Source of the DNA: a virus
Length of the DNA: 64,000 nt
Virus record (IMG/VR): IMGVR_UViG_3300042387_002331
Strand: one strand, 5' to 3'
Part shown: piece after piece, positions 50,537 through 60,489 of the stretch
Position numbering within the stretch: position 1 is the stretch's first letter
Layout of the letters: every line of letters starts with the position of its first letter
Translations under genes and position numbers: made by a program
Notes under the pieces: generated by a model
Seen by the model: the letters and a program-made list of their open reading frames with translations, nothing else
The model's database searches: none
Told to the model about the DNA's origin: nothing

Positions 50537-50998
50537 ATGTATAGTACTTTAGAACAACCTCAATATATGTATGATCAATACGACTATGATTTTACATTTG
50601 ATACGCTATTAATGAATAACAGACTGTTTTGTACTTTTACCCCATTGAGTGAGTTAGAGGCGTTGATTGATGCGTTATCTAAACGCTATAGTATTATGTA
50701 CGATAAAATGTTTGTATTGCACATTAAAAGCAATAATGAATATGTTATTACATATAATGTAGATCAAGGAAATGTAAATGATATTCCCGATAATACCATT
50801 TTAGTACATAGAAAAAAAGAATCAAACACACTTTATACAATAAACGCATTAAATGAGTTAATTAAAAAGTTAAATGGAGGTGTAGTTGATACCAAATACC
50901 CAGTAAACTGGCAACATTATAGAAATTGTATTTTATTAACTCAACACAATGAGATTAAACAATTAAATACAAGAATTTTCAAGATTATTGAACTATAA
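50537..50998 (+). CDS. Hypothetical protein
   Basis: LVHRKKESNTLYTINALN block; true start may be the ATG at 50612. Confidence 0.6.
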   Translation: MYSTLEQPQYMYDQYDYDFTFDTLLMNNRLFCTFTPLSELEALIDALSKRYSIMYDKMFVLHIKSNNEYVITYNVDQGNVNDIPDNTILVHRKKESNTLYTINALNELIKKLNGGVVDTKYPVNWQHYRNCILLTQHNEIKQLNTRIFKIIEL

Positions 50999-51059
50999 TT
51001 TGGTTATTTAAAAAAAGGTTATTATATTAAACGTTGTAAACAATAAAAATAGTTATATT

Positions 51060-51884
51060 ATGAATCTCGATGCAATCAAGAAAAAACTTGAATCAATGCA
51101 AAAGACCTCTAATGGAGGATCTAACAATTCAAGTAACGTCAAGCGTTTTAAACCAACAATTGGCAAACAAACAATCCGTATTGTACCTTTTAAATACAAT
51201 AAGGAATTTCCATTTACGGAAATGAAATTTTATTACGGAATTGGAAGCCGTAAAGTAATTGCTTCTCCTTTAAACTGGGGTGAAAAAGATCCAATTGCAG
51301 AATTTGCAAAACAACTTCGTGGAACAAACGACAAAGAAAATTGGCGTTTAGCTAAAAAATTAGATCCGAAAACTCGTATCTATGCTCCTGTAATTGTACG
51401 TGGTGAAGAAGCTGAAGGTGTTCAAATGTGGGAATTTGGTAAAGAAATTTACGAAGCGTTCTTACAAATGGCTGCTGATGAAGAAGTAGGTGATTTTACA
51501 GATGTTATGTCTGGTAGAGACATTAAGTTAGTTACTGTAGGACCTGAATCAACAGGAACCGCTTACAATAAAACAACTATTGCTCCGTCAATGAAAATGT
51601 CTGCATTGTCTGAAGATTCTAAACAAATTGAAAAATGGTTAGAGGAACAAGAAAATCCAAAAGATATGTACAAGCCACTTCCATTTGATACAATCAAACA
51701 AGCGCTTCAAGAGTGGTTAAACCCTGAGGCAGATGAAGAAGAAGTTTTGGCAGAGGTTGAAGATGAAGTAAAAGAAGAACCAAAATCAAATTACAGCTTA
51801 TCCACCAAACCAGCAGCTAAAAAATCAAAAGCAGAAGCATTTGATGATTTGTTTGGTGAAGATGATGATGATGCTCCATTTTAA
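51060..51884 (+). CDS. Single-stranded DNA-binding protein (gp32-like)
   Basis: IRIVP, WEFGKEIY and DFTDVMSGRDI; acidic tail DDDDAPF. Confidence 0.75.
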   Translation: MNLDAIKKKLESMQKTSNGGSNNSSNVKRFKPTIGKQTIRIVPFKYNKEFPFTEMKFYYGIGSRKVIASPLNWGEKDPIAEFAKQLRGTNDKENWRLAKKLDPKTRIYAPVIVRGEEAEGVQMWEFGKEIYEAFLQMAADEEVGDFTDVMSGRDIKLVTVGPESTGTAYNKTTIAPSMKMSALSEDSKQIEKWLEEQENPKDMYKPLPFDTIKQALQEWLNPEADEEEVLAEVEDEVKEEPKSNYSLSTKPAAKKSKAEAFDDLFGEDDDDAPF

Positions 51885-51899
51885 TTAAGTAAATAAGTT

Positions 51900-52985
51900 A
51901 TGGCTAGAGGAAGAAAATCGCTTACTGAAGCGGCGGGTAATGAACTAAAATCCGCGTTCAATTTAGATAAATTTAAAGCAAATAAGGGTTTAGCATCAAA
52001 TGTTAAATTCAAAGAGCAAAGGTGGATTCCATTTTCACCTGCTCTTCAAGAAGCATTGTCCATCCCTGGTATTCCTATGGGTCATAATTCAATGGTTCGA
52101 GGTAAAAGTAACACAGGTAAATCAACTATGACTATCGAAATTGCAGTTAATGCTCAAAAGATGGGAATATTACCTGTGTTAATCATTACCGAAATGAAAC
52201 ACGATTGGAATCACTGGAAAACAATGGGTTTTGAAATTGAGGATGTAGTTGATATGGAAACTGGTGAAGTTATAGACCAAACAGGTTTCTTTATTTATCG
52301 AGATAGAAGTTCATTGAATTCAATTGAGGACATTGCTGAGTTCATCATTGACTTATTAACTGAACAGAAAAAAGGTAATTTACCATATGATCTACTATTC
52401 ATTTGGGATTCAGTTGGTTCAATTCCATGTCAAATGTCAATTGAACAAGGTAAAAATAATCCAATGTGGAATGCAGGAGCAATTGCAACTCAATTCGGTA
52501 ATTTTATCAATCAACAGATTGTAATGTCTCGTAAAGAAAGTTCAAAATACACGAATACCTTGTTTATTGTAAACAAAGTAGGTGTTGCTCCGGCTTTAAC
52601 TCCTATGTCACAACCTAGGATGACAAATAAAGGTGGAGATACATTTTACTATGACGTTTCACTATGTTTAACTTTTGGAAATGTTACAAATGCTGGTACT
52701 TCTAAACTTAACGCTGTTAAGGACAAGAAAAAAGTTGAATTTGCATTGCGTACAAAAATTGCTTGTGATAAAAACCACATCAACGGTATTACAACAATGG
52801 GTACTATTGTTTCAACAGTACATGGATTTATTAAAGATGATCCAAACGCAATTAAAAAATACAAAGATGCACATTCACATGAATGGGCAGATATTTTAGG
52901 ACAAGGTAATTATACATTACAGGAAGATAATAGTGAGTGGGACGAAAAAGCACCAACACCTGATTTATTTGAAAACGAAGATTAA
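51900..52985 (+). CDS. RecA/UvsX-like recombinase
   Basis: GKSNTGKST Walker A, FIWDSVG Walker B, KGG and KNH. Confidence 0.8.
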   Translation: MARGRKSLTEAAGNELKSAFNLDKFKANKGLASNVKFKEQRWIPFSPALQEALSIPGIPMGHNSMVRGKSNTGKSTMTIEIAVNAQKMGILPVLIITEMKHDWNHWKTMGFEIEDVVDMETGEVIDQTGFFIYRDRSSLNSIEDIAEFIIDLLTEQKKGNLPYDLLFIWDSVGSIPCQMSIEQGKNNPMWNAGAIATQFGNFINQQIVMSRKESSKYTNTLFIVNKVGVAPALTPMSQPRMTNKGGDTFYYDVSLCLTFGNVTNAGTSKLNAVKDKKKVEFALRTKIACDKNHINGITTMGTIVSTVHGFIKDDPNAIKKYKDAHSHEWADILGQGNYTLQEDNSEWDEKAPTPDLFENED

Positions 52986-52986
52986 T

Positions 52987-54018
52987 ATGAAAAAAGACCT
53001 CTTAAACCTCTTAGATAACATACAAGAACACGGGGAAGAAACCCCACAATCGGAGCGCTACCTGCTTATAGATGGACTCAATCTCTTCTTTCGAAATTTT
53101 AGTGCAATTAATGCCGTCAATTCAAATGGAGTCCACATTGGAGGTTTAGGAGGATTTTTTCGTTCTTTGGGGGCTTTAATTCGCACCATCCAACCAACAC
53201 AAGTTTATGTTGTGTTTGATGGTGTGGGTTCCTCCAATAATAGAAAAAACATTATTCCTGAATACAAATCAAACAGAAATGTAACTCGAGTAACTAAACA
53301 TGAATTATTTGATAGTTTAGAAGAAGAAGATGACTCTAAAGTAGATCAAATTGTTCGAATTATCCAATACTTAAAGACATTACCTGTTAAAACAATATCC
53401 TTACCTCGAGTAGAAGCAGATGATATTATCGCATACTTAAGTGCTACATTACCTACAAAACCTGAAGATAGAGTATTCATAGTATCCAGTGATAAAGATT
53501 ATTTACAGTTAGTAACCGAAAAAGTAATTGTTTATCGCCCAATTGAAAAAGAATACTATACTACAGATACTGTAAAAGAAAAATTTAATGTGCCCCCACA
53601 CAATTTCTTGTTATACAAGTTATTAATGGGTGATAATTCTGATGGAATCACAGGTATTAAGGGATTAGGACCTAAAGGTTTATTTAAAAAATTTCCTGAA
53701 TTAGCTGAACGTGATTTGTCGTTTGATGATTTGCTAGATATAGCGGAAGCTAAATTAAAAGAACATGTTGTATATGCAAGAGTATTACATGATGTTCCCC
53801 TATTAGAAGATAAATATAAAGTTATGGACTTATCTAATCCTATGATAAGTGATGCAGATAAAATATTTATAGATAACTTCGTTGTAAACACTCCATTAAA
53901 TTTTGTACCTAACATGTTTGTTGAAATGTGCAACGAAGATCAAATTGGAAACTTAATTCGAAATACTGAATTTTGGGTTCAAGATGTTTTTAAAGATTTG
54001 TTGGTTACCCGACAATAA
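52987..54018 (+). CDS. 5'-3' exonuclease / flap endonuclease (RNase H-like)
   Basis: LIDGLN, VFDG, YKSNR, EADDII, SSDKD and GDNSDGITGIKGLGPK; ATG 52987 preferred. Confidence 0.9.
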   Translation: MKKDLLNLLDNIQEHGEETPQSERYLLIDGLNLFFRNFSAINAVNSNGVHIGGLGGFFRSLGALIRTIQPTQVYVVFDGVGSSNNRKNIIPEYKSNRNVTRVTKHELFDSLEEEDDSKVDQIVRIIQYLKTLPVKTISLPRVEADDIIAYLSATLPTKPEDRVFIVSSDKDYLQLVTEKVIVYRPIEKEYYTTDTVKEKFNVPPHNFLLYKLLMGDNSDGITGIKGLGPKGLFKKFPELAERDLSFDDLLDIAEAKLKEHVVYARVLHDVPLLEDKYKVMDLSNPMISDADKIFIDNFVVNTPLNFVPNMFVEMCNEDQIGNLIRNTEFWVQDVFKDLLVTRQ

Positions 54019-54046
54019 GTTATTAAATTTAAATAAAAGTTATAAA

Positions 54047-55399
54047 ATGACATTACAATCAATTGATGAATACGGACCATCGTTCCAGATGAAAGTAATT
54101 TCTTCTTTATTAACACATAAAGAATTTTTACAAAACATAAACGACGTACTAAGTGATGAATACTTTAGTAATCCGGCTCATAAATGGGTTATAAACGAGA
54201 TTCTTAAGTACTACGAAAAGTACCATACAACCATTTCAATGGATATTTTAAAAGTTGAAATGAAAAAGTTGGGCAATGAAGTGCTTAAAGTATCTGTTAA
54301 AGAACAGTTACGAGAAGCATATAGAGCAGACATTGAAGATTTAGCTTATGTGCAAGAAGAATTTTCTACATTCTGTAAAAATCAACAGTTAAAAAAAGCA
54401 CTATTAAATAGTGTTGACTTACTAAAAGCAGGTGACTACGACTCAATCAAATATATGATTGAATCAGCAATGAAAGCAGGTGCTGACAAAAACATTGGAC
54501 ACGAATATAAAAAAGATACTGAATCACGTTACCGTGAAGATCATAGAACAATAGTACCTACTCCTTGGCCTGAAATCAATGAATTAATTCAAGGTGGTTT
54601 AGGTAATGGAGATTTAGGTTTAATTTTTGGTAATCCTGGAGGAGGTAAATCTTGGACATTAGTTGCTTTAGGTGGTTATGCAGTAAAAATGGGATACAAT
54701 GTTATCCACTACACTTTAGAATTAAGTGAAGCATATACTGGAAGACGATATGACGCTTTCTTTACAGGTGTACCTGTTGACCAATTAGAAAAACATAAAA
54801 ATAACGTAGAAGCATCAACTTCTGACTTACCAGGTGAATTGATTATTCGTGAATTTCCGATGGGAAAAACCACAATTTCTACAATAGAAGCACACATAAA
54901 TAAAGTAAAAGATTTAGGAATCACACCAGATCTTATCATTATAGATTATATTGATCTTCTTTCTTCAAGACGAAAAAGAGGCGATCGCAAAGAAGAAATT
55001 GATGATATTTATACAAGCACCAAGGGATTAGCTCGTGAATTAAACATACCAATTTGGTCAGTTTCACAAGTAAATCGCGCAGGAGCTAAAGATGATGTTA
55101 TTGAAGGCGATAAAGCCGCAGGAAGTTATGATAAAATGATGATAACCGACCTTTCAATTTCATTATCAAGAAAGAAAGAAGATAAAGTTAACGGAACAGG
55201 AAGACTTCACATTATGAAAAACCGATATGGAATGGATGGACTTACCTTCCAAGTTGAAGTTGATACTTCAACCGGTAGAATTAAAGTAGGAAACCATTAT
55301 GACGAAGAAACTGATGCTCCAAAGAAAATGTCGAATGAGGAATACGAAAACATTGACAGAAAAATGCTAGCAAGTAAATTTTTTGAACTAAATACATGA
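54047..55399 (+). CDS. dnaB: DnaB-like replicative helicase
   Basis: GNPGGGKS, YTLE, IIDYIDL, SQVNR and KNRYG; ATG 54047 preferred. Confidence 0.9.
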   Translation: MTLQSIDEYGPSFQMKVISSLLTHKEFLQNINDVLSDEYFSNPAHKWVINEILKYYEKYHTTISMDILKVEMKKLGNEVLKVSVKEQLREAYRADIEDLAYVQEEFSTFCKNQQLKKALLNSVDLLKAGDYDSIKYMIESAMKAGADKNIGHEYKKDTESRYREDHRTIVPTPWPEINELIQGGLGNGDLGLIFGNPGGGKSWTLVALGGYAVKMGYNVIHYTLELSEAYTGRRYDAFFTGVPVDQLEKHKNNVEASTSDLPGELIIREFPMGKTTISTIEAHINKVKDLGITPDLIIIDYIDLLSSRRKRGDRKEEIDDIYTSTKGLARELNIPIWSVSQVNRAGAKDDVIEGDKAAGSYDKMMITDLSISLSRKKEDKVNGTGRLHIMKNRYGMDGLTFQVEVDTSTGRIKVGNHYDEETDAPKKMSNEEYENIDRKMLASKFFELNT

Positions 55400-56346
55400 T
55401 AACAGAACCGCGTAATTTTTATAAACCATTTGAATACCAAATGGCGTTTGATTTCTACAAAGATCAACACAGAGCACATTGGTTAGCTGATGAAGTACCC
55501 TTAGCTTCAGACTTAAATGACTGGAAACTTAAATTAAACGATTCTGAACGAAATTTAATCGGAAACATTTTAAAGTCATTTGCTCAAACAGAAATACATG
55601 TAAACGACTATTGGTCAACAAAAGTATCTTTATGGTTTCCAAAACCTGAAGTACAAGCAATGGCTCGTGTATTTGCTGATTTTGAAAGCATCCATGCTGA
55701 AGCATATGCTCGTTTAAATGAAGAACTTGGTTTAGATGATTTTAAAGCGTTTTTAGAAGACGAAGAAGCTAAAGCAAAAATTGATCGTTTAGTTGAAACA
55801 CCTGGAGAAACATTACATGAAAAGGCACTTTCATTAGCTATATTTTCTGCATTTACAGAAGGTGTAAATTTGTTTTCTTCATTTGCTGTTTTGATGTCAT
55901 TTCAATTGCGTAACCTAATGAAAGGTACAGGTCAAATTGTAGAATGGAGCGTACGTGACGAGTCATTACATTCAAAAGCAGGATGCTGGCTATTCAGAAC
56001 ATTAGTTAGTGAAAACCCAGATTTAGATGACCATAAATTGATGGGGGAAATTTACAAAGCATGTGAAGTTTCAGTTAATCTAGAATTTGACTTTATAGAC
56101 AAAGCATTTGAAATGGGGGATATTGAAGGTTTATCAAAAGACCAATTAAAAAACTTTATTAAAGCACGTGCAAACGAAAAATTAAACGAATTAGGTTATA
56201 GTCCACTTTACAATGATGTAGATCCTAATTTAATGAGAGAAATGGAATGGTTTAACCATTTAACAAGCGGAAAAACACATCAAGATTTCTTTGCAAACCG
56301 AGTAACAGATTATTCAAAATCAACAGCTGATTGGAGCGATTTATAA
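55396..56346 (+). CDS. nrdB: Class I ribonucleotide reductase beta subunit
   Basis: E66, E97xxH100, Y104, FTEG, DESLH and DFF. Confidence 0.93.
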   Translation: MITEPRNFYKPFEYQMAFDFYKDQHRAHWLADEVPLASDLNDWKLKLNDSERNLIGNILKSFAQTEIHVNDYWSTKVSLWFPKPEVQAMARVFADFESIHAEAYARLNEELGLDDFKAFLEDEEAKAKIDRLVETPGETLHEKALSLAIFSAFTEGVNLFSSFAVLMSFQLRNLMKGTGQIVEWSVRDESLHSKAGCWLFRTLVSENPDLDDHKLMGEIYKACEVSVNLEFDFIDKAFEMGDIEGLSKDQLKNFIKARANEKLNELGYSPLYNDVDPNLMREMEWFNHLTSGKTHQDFFANRVTDYSKSTADWSDL

Positions 56347-56350
56347 AATT

Positions 56351-58075
56351 ATGAGCATACAAGTAGATACAACAAATTGGACAAAAGGGAAAAATTTCCC
56401 TACATGGATGGATGAAATTGGATTAAGTATTATCTCTAAAGGATACTTACTCCCAGATGAAGATGTATTTGGAGCATTTAAACGTGTATCTAAAGCAGCA
56501 TCACGTCGCTTAAAACGTAAAGATTTACAACCATACTTTTACGAAGCGATGACAAAAAATTGGTTATGTTTAGCTTCCCCTGTTTTATCAAATATGGGAA
56601 CCGAACGTGGAATGCCTATTTCATGCTTTGGAATAGACACAGACGATTCAATTGAAGGGATTGCATTAGCAAACTCTGAATTGATGCGTTTATCTTCTCA
56701 AGGTGGAGGTGTTGGTATTGGGGTATCTCGAATTAGAGGACGTGGTAAATCAATTAAAGATAATGGAGTAAGTGAAGGTGTAGTTCCGTGGATTAAAATA
56801 TATGATTCAACTATTTTAGCCACCAATCAGGGTTCAGTTAGACGTGGAGCAGCTTCAGTTAACTTAAACATCAACCACCCTGATGTTGAAGAGTTTTTAA
56901 TGATTCGTCGTCCAAAAGGAGATGTTAATCGCCAATGTTTAAACATGCACCAATGTGTTGTAATTGATGATGAATTTATGAACAAAGTTGAAGAACGTGA
57001 TCCTAAAGCATTAAAATTATGGGGTGAAATTTTAAAAACACGTTTAGAAACAGGTGAACCTTATATCATGTTTGAGGATAATGTAAACAACAATAATCCT
57101 GAAGCATATAAAAAGAACAATTTACATGTTTCTATGACAAACATCTGTTCTGAAATTTCATTATACACAGATGAATTACATTCATTTATTTGTTGTTTAT
57201 CTTCTCTTAATTTAGCAAGATGGGATGAATGGAAAGAATATACATTTGAAAATGGAATGACATTACCAGAACTAACTTGTTGGTTTTTAGAAGGTGTATT
57301 ACAAGAATTTATTGATCGAGCAAAAAATATCCGTTTTATGGAAAACACATACCGCTCAGCATCTAAAGGTAGAGCAATTGGTATTGGTGTTTTAGGATGG
57401 CATACATTTTTGCAAGAAAAAGGAATACCGTTTGCGGGATTGCAAGCAAACTCTTATACAAGAGTTATGTTTGATTTCATTGAAAAAGAAACACTAAAAG
57501 CTTCCCGCGCCCAAGCTGAATTATATGGAGAACCTGAATGGTGTAAAGGTACCGGACTGCGCCACACCCATCATTTAGCGATTGCCCCAACAGTTTCTAA
57601 TGCCCATATTTCAGGTGGTGTTTCACCTTCAATTGAACCAATCCCAGCAAACGTATTCAATTTAAAAACAGCAAAAGGTACTTTTATTAAGAAAAATAAA
57701 ACATTAGTAAAATTACTTGAATCTAAAGGATACAATATTGACAGTGTTTGGGATCAAATTGCAAAAGATAAGGGCTCAGTAATGGGATTACCTGATTACA
57801 TTTTAACACCTGAAGAAAAAGAAATTTTCTTAACGTTTAAAGAAATTAATCCATACGAAATTGTTCGCCAAAACGGTATTAGACAAAAATATGTTGATCA
57901 AGCAATTTCACTTAACTTAACTTTTGATCCTTCAGATTCACCAAAATATATTAGTGATGTACACAAATTAGCTTGGAAAGAAGGTATTAAAACGTTGTAC
58001 TATATGCGATCTGAAAGCATTTTAAGAGGAGATGCAATTCAAAGAGATGACAATTGTATTGCTTGTGAAGGATAA
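56351..58075 (+). CDS. nrdA: Class I ribonucleotide reductase alpha subunit (no ATP cone)
   Basis: PISCF, GGGVG, RRGA, TNICSEI, APT, TLYY and C-terminal CIAC. Confidence 0.95.
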   Translation: MSIQVDTTNWTKGKNFPTWMDEIGLSIISKGYLLPDEDVFGAFKRVSKAASRRLKRKDLQPYFYEAMTKNWLCLASPVLSNMGTERGMPISCFGIDTDDSIEGIALANSELMRLSSQGGGVGIGVSRIRGRGKSIKDNGVSEGVVPWIKIYDSTILATNQGSVRRGAASVNLNINHPDVEEFLMIRRPKGDVNRQCLNMHQCVVIDDEFMNKVEERDPKALKLWGEILKTRLETGEPYIMFEDNVNNNNPEAYKKNNLHVSMTNICSEISLYTDELHSFICCLSSLNLARWDEWKEYTFENGMTLPELTCWFLEGVLQEFIDRAKNIRFMENTYRSASKGRAIGIGVLGWHTFLQEKGIPFAGLQANSYTRVMFDFIEKETLKASRAQAELYGEPEWCKGTGLRHTHHLAIAPTVSNAHISGGVSPSIEPIPANVFNLKTAKGTFIKKNKTLVKLLESKGYNIDSVWDQIAKDKGSVMGLPDYILTPEEKEIFLTFKEINPYEIVRQNGIRQKYVDQAISLNLTFDPSDSPKYISDVHKLAWKEGIKTLYYMRSESILRGDAIQRDDNCIACEG

Positions 58076-58100
58076 CAATATGTATAATAAATTATCAGTT

Positions 58101-58346
58101 ATGGAAACCAGAAAAACATTACTGAAAATGAAAACAAATTATTGGAAACCAACTCCAAAAAAATGGAGAAAAATTGGAGATACTCTTTTAGCAGTATCTT
58201 CAGTACTAGCTATTGGTGGGCTATGGCAATTTGACAATCTTAAAGACATCTTTACAGCATTTGAAATCAAAGCAATGATAGTTGCTTCTATTGCTATGGG
58301 TGCCTTAGGAAAATTTTTAACAAACTTTTTTAAAGAAGAAGAATAG
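58101..58346 (+). CDS. Putative holin (2 TM), possible dual start
   Basis: Late promoter at 58078; ATGs at 58101 and 58128; two hydrophobic helices; directly precedes the endolysin. Confidence 0.55.
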   Translation: METRKTLLKMKTNYWKPTPKKWRKIGDTLLAVSSVLAIGGLWQFDNLKDIFTAFEIKAMIVASIAMGALGKFLTNFFKEEE

Positions 58347-58347
58347 T

Positions 58348-58866
58348 ATGAGTTACGAATGGTTAAAAGAAGAAAAATCTCCAAAACTTTTAGTAGAAGC
58401 TGTTAAACATATTGGAGTTAAAGAAATTGTAGGTTCAAAACACAACCCAGTTATCCTTGGATGGGCCGGAGCTTTAGGACTTAAAAGTATTTATACTAAT
58501 GATGAAATTCCTTGGTGTGGTTTATACATAGGGTATTGTGCTCATGCTGCAGGATTACAAGTAGTAGAAAGACCATTATGGGCTTTAAACTGGGCAAAAT
58601 ATGGAAATAAAGTTGATGAACCTATGCTTGGTGACATTTTAACATTTAAAAGAAATGGAGGTGGACATGTTGGAATATATGTTGGTGAAGATGAAAAATA
58701 TTTCCATGTTTTAGGTGGAAACCAAAACAACTCAGTAAGCGTTAGCAGAATTGCTAAATCAAGATTACACCAAGCAAGAAGAACAGCATGGAAAGTAGCT
58801 CAACCTGCTAACGTAAGAAAAGTATTCTTAGAAGCAAAAGGAGCTATTACTACAAATGAAAGCTAA
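58348..58866 (+). CDS. Endolysin, TIGR02594-like NlpC/P60/CHAP peptidase
   Basis: DEIPWCG, GGGHVGIY and VLGGNQNN. Confidence 0.85.
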   Translation: MSYEWLKEEKSPKLLVEAVKHIGVKEIVGSKHNPVILGWAGALGLKSIYTNDEIPWCGLYIGYCAHAAGLQVVERPLWALNWAKYGNKVDEPMLGDILTFKRNGGGHVGIYVGEDEKYFHVLGGNQNNSVSVSRIAKSRLHQARRTAWKVAQPANVRKVFLEAKGAITTNES

Positions 58867-58894
58867 CAAAAAGTAACCAATAAAAACAAATAAA

Positions 58895-59062
58895 ATGACA
58901 AAAGAACAAGTACTAGGAATTATCCGTCATACTTTAACATTTGTTGGAGGTATCCTTTTAATGAAAGGGATCATGGATGAAGCAACTTGGACTGAACTTT
59001 CAGGTAGTGCAATGACACTAGTTGGAACTGTTTGGTCAATAGTTGATAAAAATAAAAAATAA
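58895..59062 (+). CDS. Small 2-TM holin-like protein (55 aa), not in the ORF track
   Basis: MTKEQVLGIIRHTLTFVGGILLMKG...MTLVGTVWSIVDKNKK. Confidence 0.7.
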   Translation: MTKEQVLGIIRHTLTFVGGILLMKGIMDEATWTELSGSAMTLVGTVWSIVDKNKK

Positions 59063-59085
59063 TTAATTTTTTTTAAAAACCTTTG

Positions 59086-59106
59086 AAGCCCCGAATGGGG
59101 CTTTTT
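59086..59106 (+). terminator. Rho-independent terminator ending the lysis cassette
   Basis: aagcccc-gaat-ggggctt followed by Ts. Confidence 0.8.
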
Positions 59107-59118
59107 ATATTTTTAAAT

Positions 59119-60135
59119 ATGAAACAAAAATTTTTACCTTGGTTCTTGCTGTTTTGTGCCATTGGATTATCAGCAACAGCAGCTTATTACAGTGTAATCG
59201 GATTATCTATTGTATTTGCCGGTGTAGCTATTCCTGTAATTGTAATGGGATCGTTTTTAGAAGTATCTAAAATCGCTATTGCAACTTATCTCCACAATGC
59301 TTGGAAAAATACCTATACACTTTTAAAAATTTATTTAACTATAGCGCTTGTAATTTTATCTGTAATTACCTCTATTGGAATTTATGGTTTATTAAGTACT
59401 GGATTTCAAGAAAACATTGCAAAACTTGAAATTGGAGGCAAACAAATCCAAAATATAGAAGTTAAAAAACAGAGATTTGAAGAAATTAAATCCGAATTAG
59501 AAAAAGAAAAATCAACACTAGACAAAGACATATCCCAGTTACGTAATGCTTTATCTACAAATACAACTACTCAATCAGTAGATGCTAGAACAGGACAAGT
59601 TGTTACTAGAGCAAATAATGCTAACCGCAAATCATTTGAAGCACAACTTGCAGCGGCACAAGTTAGTAAAGACAAATTATCTACTAAAATAGACGCGTTA
59701 AACGATTCAATTACAAACCTGGATATTAAGGTTTTAGATATGGAATCTAAAGCAAGTGAAGGCAATGAATTAGGTGCAGTACAGTATGTAAGTGAAATTA
59801 CTGGAGCTGACGTAAAAACAGTGGCAAATTGGTTCATATTTATGTTGATCTTTGTGTTTGATCCACTAGCCATAACCCTTGTTATAGCTACCAATCAAGC
59901 GTTTGATCGCATTAAACCTAAAATTAATATTTATGGTGAAATAAAATCAACTGAACCTATAGTAGAACCTGAACCTGTTTTTACCCCTAACCCATACTCA
60001 GAAAGGGATCGTATTTTAAACGAAATTCAGATGGTAGAAAGTTCAAATGTTTCCGGAAAAAGAAAAGGAGCAGTTTTACAAGATTTACGTAGTAAACTAT
60101 CATCTTTAAATGACGATAATACCAAAACATATTAA
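59119..60135 (+). CDS. Multi-pass membrane protein with a long coiled coil
   Basis: Three N-terminal TM segments, a coiled coil, then TM FIFMLIFVFDPLAITLV; ATG 59119 preferred. Confidence 0.7.
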   Translation: MKQKFLPWFLLFCAIGLSATAAYYSVIGLSIVFAGVAIPVIVMGSFLEVSKIAIATYLHNAWKNTYTLLKIYLTIALVILSVITSIGIYGLLSTGFQENIAKLEIGGKQIQNIEVKKQRFEEIKSELEKEKSTLDKDISQLRNALSTNTTTQSVDARTGQVVTRANNANRKSFEAQLAAAQVSKDKLSTKIDALNDSITNLDIKVLDMESKASEGNELGAVQYVSEITGADVKTVANWFIFMLIFVFDPLAITLVIATNQAFDRIKPKINIYGEIKSTEPIVEPEPVFTPNPYSERDRILNEIQMVESSNVSGKRKGAVLQDLRSKLSSLNDDNTKTY

Positions 60136-60150
60136 TATTTATAATATGTA

Positions 60151-60489
60151 ATGGAAAATTTATACAACAATACCGACATAAACTGGGTTCAAGTTATTGA
60201 CCCTAGTACAAATTATGTTTACTATGTTCCTACTTCATATTTATACAATCCAAAAAACGGAGGAACATATTCGGAAATTGAAGGGGTATTTATTTCTAAT
60301 ACAATAATTAATGCTGTTGTTTACACAGGAAGTTTTAGTGACTCTCCATATATTGAATTTTACAAAGGAGATGGAACCACATTTACCCAATCATTAAGTA
60401 TTTCATCAACAAGTAGTTCTTTTGCTCTAAGTGCTTCATATGCTGATTATGCTGTAACAGCATCTTATATTGATGGGGGAACATTTTAA
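60151..60489 (+). CDS. Small virion protein ending IDGGTF
   Basis: Late promoter at 60135; SASYA/TASY motifs. Confidence 0.55.
   Translation: MENLYNNTDINWVQVIDPSTNYVYYVPTSYLYNPKNGGTYSEIEGVFISNTIINAVVYTGSFSDSPYIEFYKGDGTTFTQSLSISSTSSSFALSASYADYAVTASYIDGGTF

Noticed and set aside
13663-59118. ORF-track starts at 13663, 52933, 53984, 58032 and 59083
   Set aside because: They lie inside terminators, promoters or upstream genes. Downstream ATGs (13699, 52987, 54047, 58101, 59119) fit the promoter motifs and gene packing better.
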